From positions 384,001 through 448,000 of the forward strand of contig JBCBUK010000001.1 of assembly GCA_039818205.1 (NCBI GenBank): 64,000 nt of DNA. Reading direction: 5' to 3'. Source of the DNA: Verrucomicrobiota bacterium (GTDB lineage: Bacteria; Verrucomicrobiota; Verrucomicrobiia; Opitutales; Cerasicoccaceae). Within the stretch, counting starts at the first letter, position 1. Every line of letters starts with the position of its first letter. A model generated the notes under the pieces. That model did not search any database. It worked only from the letters and a program-made list of their open reading frames with translations, and was not told the DNA's origin. Below, piece by piece: positions 42,737 through 49,737 of the stretch. Made by a program: the position numbers and the translations under genes.

Positions 42737-43138
42737 AGGAAAATCAAAAATATAGCAGAGAGAGGCGGAATGATTAGATGATAATCAGCCCCGAAAGAAG
42801 GGGCTATTGAGTCGCGATCATCAACCACTTTTATGTTACGAAAGTGAAAATAAAATCCTCTAATACGTCACATAAATAAACAAAAACGACACAAACGTCT
42901 CAATAGCTCAACCTGCTATCCTTCAATATTTTACGTAACTCAATTCCCCACTCACCTGCGATTTCGACCGATGAATGGTTCGAATCAAAACCAACCATGC
43001 ATCGCGGGGATTTTCAAAGCGCCGAACTCCGGGCGGTCAGCAATTTTCCATTGCTAGCGCAATGAAAAACTATTGATTCAGGGCATTTACATTAAAACCT
43101 GGGTGAAACAGGCTATTTTCAAGTACCCTTAGGTAATT

Positions 43139-43939
43139 CTATCGTTCCGCCTGTACCGTAGATATCTTAGTCGGTTCGAGGGATTTCGTTCGGTCGAGCA
43201 CAACCCGGAAGCCGTAGACGGGTAAGCGAATATAGGAGATATTCCCAACACGATTATGGTGCATCATGTCCGATGGCTCATGCATTCTCCATGAGCCTCC
43301 TTTAAGCACGCGCATATCCGGAGCGCCCTCGTAATAGTCCGAGCACCATTCCCAGACGTTGCCGCCCATATCGTAGAACCCAAGTTCATTCGGCGAGAAA
43401 CTACCGACCGGTGCGGTTTGTTCAAAACCATCAATTTGCAATTGCTGGCCATAGTTCCCCGACCCTTCAGGCGGTGGCCATTCTTTTCCCCATGGGAAGG
43501 CAATCTCGCGGTTAAAACTAGTCCGCGATTTCTTGGATTCATCGACCACAACACCGGCGGCAGCCAACCATTCGGCTTCGGTCGGGAGTCGGTAAAAATC
43601 ACCCTCACCAATGAGCTCTGCCTCCTGCTCTGAGCGCGTCAACCATCGACAGAACAGATTGGCATCTTCCCAGGAGACATAGACCGCGGGCTCATTATCA
43701 GTTTGTTCAAAATAAGGCTTCGACCAACGCAAACCAGTGGCTTCAACAAAGCCCTGGTAGTCGCTAACACGAGTTTCCCAGATGCACATAAGCACGCCCG
43801 GCTCAAGCTCGACAAAGGCCATCTGTAATGAGTTTGACCAATCAGCTACCGCTCGTTCCTCTGCGTCAGCCGCAGTCGTCGAAGCAATCGAAGCAACGAT
43901 TGCGGCTAGGCAAAAACGGTAAAGACGACGGATCATCAT
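43139..43939 (-). CDS. Exported SUMF1/FGE-sulfatase (C-type lectin fold) family protein, probably non-catalytic
   Basis: Signal peptide. Family motifs PAVYVSWEDA, YRLPTEAEW, FPWG, PVGSFSPNELGFYDMGGNVWEW, RVLKGGSW, YGFRVV. The FGE catalytic cysteines after GGS are absent. Confidence 0.88.
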   Translation of the reverse strand: MMIRRLYRFCLAAIVASIASTTAADAEERAVADWSNSLQMAFVELEPGVLMCIWETRVSDYQGFVEATGLRWSKPYFEQTDNEPAVYVSWEDANLFCRWLTRSEQEAELIGEGDFYRLPTEAEWLAAAGVVVDESKKSRTSFNREIAFPWGKEWPPPEGSGNYGQQLQIDGFEQTAPVGSFSPNELGFYDMGGNVWEWCSDYYEGAPDMRVLKGGSWRMHEPSDMMHHNRVGNISYIRLPVYGFRVVLDRTKSLEPTKISTVQAER

Positions 43940-44110
43940 TTACGTTATTGAGAGCTTTACCCGAGGAATTCAATCGCAAAAGGAATTCCTTGCCGACCGA
44001 AACCGGTACGTTACATTTCCAAATTCTCTGTGTCGGTCATTGACCTGCCCGGCAATGATATCAGTTTACTGTTCCGGTTTACCAATCGCCCTTTCGCCTC
44101 CTGCTGATAG

Positions 44111-45559
44111 ATGAAATTAACATCATCCAACGTGCCGCAACTAAGCGGGCAATCCGCCGACTTCTCAATCGAGGCGGTTTCTGACCAGTTGGCCAAGAAG
44201 GAATCGCGTCAGGCCTTGAACGCAGTTGATCTTTGTCTGATGCTCAACGATGAGGACCGATTCCTCAAGGCAGCGATGCTCCTCTGCAACGAAATCAATG
44301 CGAGATTTCGGTGCGTTCAAGTGGGTTTGGGTATTTTCCGCGGCGGCCATGCGAAACTGGCAGCGTTGAGCAATACACAACGCTTTGACCGCAAAAGCGA
44401 ATTGGTTCGGCGGATGCAATACGCGATGGAGGAAGCAGCCGACCAAGACGAAGAAACAATTTATCCTCGCCCCCGCGAAGACAGCTTCATCTACCGCGAA
44501 CTTGAGAAATACGTTACGGTGGCCGGGATGGAAGCGGGAGCGACCCTGCCCCTTCGCCACAATGGAGAAATTTTCGGCGTTATCCTATTAGAACGTCGCG
44601 ACGAACGCTTTACGCCCGACGAACTCTTTGCCTTGCGCTTAATCGTCGATGTAAATGCCCGGCTTGTTTATGACCTCGAGCGCCGAGATCAATGGATTGG
44701 ACGCCGCTGGGCACGCGGCGCCCGTAAGACTGCCGCGTGGGTTTTTGGATTTGAGCATACCTGGACTAAGATTGGTATTCTGTGCGGCATCGGAGTCATC
44801 GCTTTCCTTATTTTCTATCAGTGGTTTTACCGTGTTGAAGCGGACTTCAGTCTTAAGGCCCAAACCGTTCTGAATATACCAGCGCCATTCGATGGCTTCA
44901 TTGAAGGCGTCGCGGTGGACCTTGGAGACACCGTCAGCCCAAACGCGCCATTGCTTCACCTTGATCGCCAGCAACTTCTTCTCGAGGAGGCCGAAATCGA
45001 AAGCCGTATTAGCCGATACGTTGCCGAAGCCGAAGCTGCCCATAGCCAAGGCCAGTTTAGTGAAGCACAGATTGCCCGCATGCAAGTTCGAGAGGAAGAA
45101 GCGGAACTCGCGATCATACAACACCGTTTGTCTAAGGCCGACTTGATCGCGCCATTCGAAGGGTTCGTGATGGAAGGTGATCTACGCGAGCGCATCGGTG
45201 CTCCGGTTAATCGAGGCGAGCCGCTATACAAGCTAGCACGCATCGACAGCATGTCGGTGCGTATCGAGATTAAAGAAGAAGACATTCATGAGGTATCCGT
45301 TGGTTCAACCGGCGAGCTCGCGTTCGCTAGCCGACCAGAAGAGAAGTTCGCTTTTGTAATTGAAAGTATCGAACCGGCAGCGCAGACCCGACAAGAGGGC
45401 TCAATTTTCGTTGCCCGTGCCAGCTTCGAGGGTGAACCAGTTGAATGGTGGCGCCCGGGAATGCGCGGTGTGGCCAAAATTGACGTCGGAGACCGCAGTC
45501 TCATTTGGGTGCTCACGCACCGGTTGGTCGACTTCGTTCGCATGAAACTCTGGATTTAA
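44111..45559 (+). CDS. GAF-like domain plus HlyD-family membrane fusion (periplasmic adaptor) protein
   Basis: N-terminal GAF-like segment (ATLPLRHNGEIFGVILLER...FTPDEL). One transmembrane helix (IGILCGIGVIAFLIFYQW). Lipoyl half-motifs IPAPFDGFIEGV and LIAPFEGFV flank a helical hairpin. C-terminal WRPGMRGVAKI. Confidence 0.88.
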   Translation: MKLTSSNVPQLSGQSADFSIEAVSDQLAKKESRQALNAVDLCLMLNDEDRFLKAAMLLCNEINARFRCVQVGLGIFRGGHAKLAALSNTQRFDRKSELVRRMQYAMEEAADQDEETIYPRPREDSFIYRELEKYVTVAGMEAGATLPLRHNGEIFGVILLERRDERFTPDELFALRLIVDVNARLVYDLERRDQWIGRRWARGARKTAAWVFGFEHTWTKIGILCGIGVIAFLIFYQWFYRVEADFSLKAQTVLNIPAPFDGFIEGVAVDLGDTVSPNAPLLHLDRQQLLLEEAEIESRISRYVAEAEAAHSQGQFSEAQIARMQVREEEAELAIIQHRLSKADLIAPFEGFVMEGDLRERIGAPVNRGEPLYKLARIDSMSVRIEIKEEDIHEVSVGSTGELAFASRPEEKFAFVIESIEPAAQTRQEGSIFVARASFEGEPVEWWRPGMRGVAKIDVGDRSLIWVLTHRLVDFVRMKLWI

Positions 45560-45565
45560 TCGAGC

Positions 45566-47722
45566 ATGCCGGAAAAGAAGACCTTCAGCGATTCGTGGTA
45601 CCGCATTGCAGACAAGCATGCGACGCTGCGGCATCAGGTCCAAACCGCAAAGCAGTATTTTCGCGGTGATCGCTGGTATGTCTTGCACGATCCGTTTCGT
45701 AACGAATTCTTCCGAGTCACCGAGCAAGCCTACCTCTTTATCGCCCGATTGACCTTAGACAAGACGATCGACGATGTCTGGCGCGAGTGCATGGAACGCC
45801 AGCCGGAACTCGCACCGGGTCAAGAAGAAGTCATCGATGTGCTGGCCCAACTCAACCAGGCCAATCTCATTCAATCAGATCTGCCGGCTAACAGCACCCA
45901 CCTGTTTGAACAGGCACGCAAGAATACCAAGAAAAAGATTCGTTCCCAGCTGATCAACTTCCTGTTCTTACGAATACCGGTATTTAACCCCGACGCCCTG
46001 CTGAATTTCCTCAAACCGTTGGGCAAACTTGCCATCAATCCTATCGGAGCCCTGGTTTGGCTCGGAGTTGTTGGTTGGGCGCTTAACCTCGTATTTTCGA
46101 ACTTTGAATCTGCAACCAATCAGGCATCTGGGTTTCTTTCCCCGCAGAACATACCCTGGATCCTAGTCGCCACGGTTTTGCTGAAAGCCATACACGAATT
46201 AGCCCATGGCATCGCCTGTAAACACTATGGTGGAAGCGTTCCGCAGTTTGGAATCATGCTGATGATCCTTATGCCGCTCCCGTATGTTGATGCGACTTCC
46301 AGTTGGTCGTTTCCCAACAAATGGAAGCGCATCGTTGTAAGTTCAGCCGGCATGATCGTCGAGATATTTGTCGCGGCAATAGCGACCATCATCTGGAGCG
46401 AAACTGGAGCCGGTATGGTCAACGCGGTCGCCTACAACGTTATGTTGATCGCATCGATCACAACGATTCTCTTCAACCTCAACCCGTTGTTGAAGTTTGA
46501 TGGGTACTACATTTTTTCTGACCTTTTCGGCCTGCCAAATTTGCAACAGCGCTCGATTGGCACCTTGCGCTTCCTGATGGAGTATTACTTGTTTGGTTAC
46601 AAAGATGCGATCTGCCCAGCGCGAGATTTCAATGAAGGCGTATGGCTCTCAATCTATGGCGTCGCCTCGGGCATTTACCGGGTCTTCCTCATGCTATCGA
46701 TTTCATTTTTGGTAGCCGAGCGTTTCTTCGAGATCGGTTTGCTATTGGGGATTTTTACCCTGCTGATGAACATCGTGCTGCCTCTGTTGAAGTTTATCCG
46801 ATATGTGTTCACGAATTCACAGCTATCCCGCAATCGGGCCCGCGCGATCATGGTTACGGGTCTAGTCTTTGGCTCGCTCGCATTTGCACTGACCCTGATT
46901 CCGGTTGAGGAACATTTTGTTGAACCCGGCATCGTTCGCAGTGAAGACCGCGCCGTTATTGGAGCGACTGATAGCGGTTATCTGACGGAAGTCATGCAAC
47001 CGACCGGGGTCTATGTCGAAGCGGGCACACCCCTCATGCAACTTCGCGACCCAGAACTTGCCCATGAGATAACGCAAGCAGAACTCGCAATTGAACGCAC
47101 CGAGACCACCCTCATGCAAGCGCAAGAGGACGAGTTCAGCTCTTTACGTCCTCTGCGTAGGCAGGTTCAGCTCGAACAGCAACGCCTCGATCGTCTACTT
47201 GAGCGCAAGGCCGAACAAACCATTCGCGCACCCATCAGCGGGCTGTGGACCTCACCGGACATCAACGCCATGGACGGTCTTTGGATTGGTCGCGGAGATG
47301 CCGTGGGGCACATTGTCAACCCGCAGGATTTGCGCTTCATCGCGGTTATCTCCCAAAGTGAAGCCGCGAATCTGTTTAACCGAAAAATCGAACGCGCAGA
47401 GATTCGCCTTTGGGGCCGTGCGGGCCAACCGCTCATGGCGACAGTGCAGCGTATCATCGAGGCCGAGCAAGCAGCATTGCCATCTCCCGCTCTCGGTTGG
47501 CAAGGAGGTGGTGAGGTTCGCGTCAAGCCCGACGACCCGGAAGGCCGTGAGGTCGTTGATCCCTTTTTCCGCCTCATTGCCGTCATTGAAAATCCCGAAG
47601 AGATAGGAATCGTTGCCAATGAGCAAACGGGCAAAATTCGACTGACAGTGGGCAAGCGCCCGCTCCTCTTTCAATGGGTGCACGACATCCGCCAACTCTT
47701 GCAGGAGCGTCTGAAGCTATGA
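45566..47722 (+). CDS. PqqD-like / M50 (site-2) zinc metalloprotease / HlyD-like fusion membrane protein
   Basis: HELAH (HExxH) at 46193-46207 and NLNPLLKFDG near 46475-46504, within several transmembrane helices. C-terminal MFP motifs (ATDSGYL...G, coiled coil, IRAPISG). Starts 6 nt after the previous gene. Confidence 0.88.
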   Translation: MPEKKTFSDSWYRIADKHATLRHQVQTAKQYFRGDRWYVLHDPFRNEFFRVTEQAYLFIARLTLDKTIDDVWRECMERQPELAPGQEEVIDVLAQLNQANLIQSDLPANSTHLFEQARKNTKKKIRSQLINFLFLRIPVFNPDALLNFLKPLGKLAINPIGALVWLGVVGWALNLVFSNFESATNQASGFLSPQNIPWILVATVLLKAIHELAHGIACKHYGGSVPQFGIMLMILMPLPYVDATSSWSFPNKWKRIVVSSAGMIVEIFVAAIATIIWSETGAGMVNAVAYNVMLIASITTILFNLNPLLKFDGYYIFSDLFGLPNLQQRSIGTLRFLMEYYLFGYKDAICPARDFNEGVWLSIYGVASGIYRVFLMLSISFLVAERFFEIGLLLGIFTLLMNIVLPLLKFIRYVFTNSQLSRNRARAIMVTGLVFGSLAFALTLIPVEEHFVEPGIVRSEDRAVIGATDSGYLTEVMQPTGVYVEAGTPLMQLRDPELAHEITQAELAIERTETTLMQAQEDEFSSLRPLRRQVQLEQQRLDRLLERKAEQTIRAPISGLWTSPDINAMDGLWIGRGDAVGHIVNPQDLRFIAVISQSEAANLFNRKIERAEIRLWGRAGQPLMATVQRIIEAEQAALPSPALGWQGGGEVRVKPDDPEGREVVDPFFRLIAVIENPEEIGIVANEQTGKIRLTVGKRPLLFQWVHDIRQLLQERLKL

Positions 47723-49704
47723 CGCCGACCCGGACATTTCATCATCGACACATCGATCTACCCGCCAAGGTTCCAAGCGGGCTGGACCGGTTGCTACACG
47801 ATAGCTACGGGCGAATCAAGCGGCGGGCTACGATCGCTGGTCAGTTGAAGCGAGAAAGCCAGTGGATTCACCGCCGGGCTGACAAGCTTCGCGAACTATC
47901 CTCAGCCCAGTTTCGTGAAGCCTTGGAGGACATGCAGATTCGCTTTCGCCGAGTTCGCCAATGCCCTTCTGCAGCAAGCGAGCGAGAAGCCCTGGCATTG
48001 GTCGCTGTCGCCACCAGCCGAACTTTGGGTTTGGACCCCTACCCCGTCCAGCTAATGGCCGCGCTTAGTCTAATTCGTGGCTACTTGGCCGAGATGTCGA
48101 CCGGTGAAGGCAAAACGCTTTCCAGTGCGTTGGCAGTAAGCGTCCTCGGTTGGCGCGGCAAACCCGTTCATTTATTCACTGCAAATGATTACCTTGCGCA
48201 ACGCGATTGTGAGGAGATGGTGCCACTCTATCAGTTTTGCGGCCTAACAGCGGGTTATGTCGTCGCGGAAATGGAGCCCGATGACAGACGCCCACATTAC
48301 GCTAGCGACATTACCTGCACGACGAGTAAGGAATTGCTCGCAGATTTCCTCCGTGATCGTTTGAAGACTGACTCAATCAACGACACCCGCCGTCTTCTTG
48401 TTCGCGAACTACTGGGCGGCGGTGGCCCGTCCGACCCGCCGGTGACCCGGGGGATTCATACAGCAGTGATCGATGAAGCCGACAGCGTCATGATTGACGA
48501 CGCAGCAACGCCGCTAATCATCAGTCAAAAGTATCGTAATGAAGCCTTCAATGAGTGCTGTGAAATCGCGCATCAGATTGCCAATAATCTCGTTGGAGAC
48601 GACCACTACAGAGTCAACTTTCAGAAGCGGGAAATTCAAATCACCCCCGCCGGCTATGACCTGATCGAAACCCAAGCCGAACAGTTTCCACGCATGTGGC
48701 AAACCTTCGAACGAAGCAACGAACTCGTAAAGCTATCGCTAACGGCCCGAGAGTTTTTTCGTCGCGACAAAGACTACATTATCCAAGACGAAAAGGTCGT
48801 CATTATTGACCCCTCTACCGGACGTCTCAAGAAAGACAGCACCTGGCGCGGTGGCGTCCACCAAGCAATTGAGATCAAAGAAAACTTGCCCATCAGCGAT
48901 CCCGCTCAAACGCTCGCAAGCCTTAGCTTTCAGAGATTCTTTCGACTATTCAAACATCTCTGCGCAACGACGGGAACCGTGGGTACCACCCGCGGAGAAT
49001 TCTGGCATTTCTACAAACTGCCGACGGTTCGAATTCCGACCCACCGACCATGCGTTCGGCGCCAAATGCCCACCCGGTATTTTGGATCGAACGAACGCAA
49101 GTTCGCCGCCATTGTTGACGAAGTAAAAGCATTTCGCTCAGCCGGTCGGCCAATCCTAATCGGAACGTTTTCCGTTGAAGCTAGTGAAGCACTTGCTGGT
49201 CGTCTAGAGGAAGAAGGCTTGCCGTTCGAGCTGATCAACGCAGCCGAACACGATCGCGAAGCCGCAATCATAAAGGACGCTGGCCACCCGGGAAGAATCA
49301 CCTTGGCCACCAACATGGCGGGACGCGGGACCGATATCAAACTCGCTAAGGGCGTCGCGGATTCTGGCGGCCTCCACGTAATTTGTGCTGAAAGAATGGA
49401 AAGCGCACGAGTAGACCGCCAACTCCACGGACGCGCTGGTCGCCAAGGCGACCCGGGGAGCACTCAAACATTTGTCTCGATGGAAGACGACTTGTTGCGC
49501 CAGCAATGCGGATCCAAGATGTGTGGAACCGTTGGGCAGGCGCTCGACAGCTCGGCTCCCGGCGCAAAACTGATTGCGGCACGCCTGACCAATCGAGCTC
49601 AACGTGAAGGCGAAAAGAAAAAACGCAAACAGCGAGAAAGCGTCATGAAGATGGACCATTGGCTCGAAGAATCACTCGCCTTCTCCGGAAGCAGCGGTCT
49701 CTAA
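47719..49704 (+). CDS. Secondary, C-terminally truncated SecA-like ATPase (661 aa)
   Basis: EMSTGEGKT, TANDYLAQRD, IDEADSVMID, IIDPSTGR...W.GGVHQAIEIKE, ATNMAGRGTDI, RVDRQLHGRAGRQGDPG. Start placed at the ATG overlapping the upstream stop (ATGA, 47719-47722). Confidence 0.92.
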   Translation: MTPTRTFHHRHIDLPAKVPSGLDRLLHDSYGRIKRRATIAGQLKRESQWIHRRADKLRELSSAQFREALEDMQIRFRRVRQCPSAASEREALALVAVATSRTLGLDPYPVQLMAALSLIRGYLAEMSTGEGKTLSSALAVSVLGWRGKPVHLFTANDYLAQRDCEEMVPLYQFCGLTAGYVVAEMEPDDRRPHYASDITCTTSKELLADFLRDRLKTDSINDTRRLLVRELLGGGGPSDPPVTRGIHTAVIDEADSVMIDDAATPLIISQKYRNEAFNECCEIAHQIANNLVGDDHYRVNFQKREIQITPAGYDLIETQAEQFPRMWQTFERSNELVKLSLTAREFFRRDKDYIIQDEKVVIIDPSTGRLKKDSTWRGGVHQAIEIKENLPISDPAQTLASLSFQRFFRLFKHLCATTGTVGTTRGEFWHFYKLPTVRIPTHRPCVRRQMPTRYFGSNERKFAAIVDEVKAFRSAGRPILIGTFSVEASEALAGRLEEEGLPFELINAAEHDREAAIIKDAGHPGRITLATNMAGRGTDIKLAKGVADSGGLHVICAERMESARVDRQLHGRAGRQGDPGSTQTFVSMEDDLLRQQCGSKMCGTVGQALDSSAPGAKLIAARLTNRAQREGEKKKRKQRESVMKMDHWLEESLAFSGSSGL

Positions 49705-49737
49705 CGATTTCTCGCCAGAACGGACCACTTCGTTAGT

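Noticed and set aside
42600..42640. RRRRF as a Tat signal
   Set aside because: No hydrophobic h-region follows, and a protein this large is not a plausible folded Tat substrate.
3..42708. The many plus-strand ORFs (up to 529 aa) and short minus-strand ORFs listed in the track
   Set aside because: They are shadows of the giant minus-strand gene. They are S/P/T/A/R-rich, lack recognisable motifs, and fall in fixed frames relative to it.
43030..43042. GGCGGTCAGC as an RfaH ops element for the giant gene
   Set aside because: Imperfect match, and on the wrong strand for the minus-strand transcript.
43139..43300. FGE/C-type-lectin C-terminus as a diversity-generating retroelement target
   Set aside because: No reverse transcriptase and no second template-repeat copy were seen in the window.
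47674..47718. Track start for the SecA-like gene (also the extended starts at 52511 and 62363)
   Set aside because: ATGs at 47719 (ATGA coupling), 52469 and 62168 fit gene spacing and family N-termini better.
47719..49704. Housekeeping secA or a secA pseudogene
   Set aside because: Too short for housekeeping SecA, yet it has intact motifs, operon coupling and no leftover 3' fragment, because TolC follows immediately.
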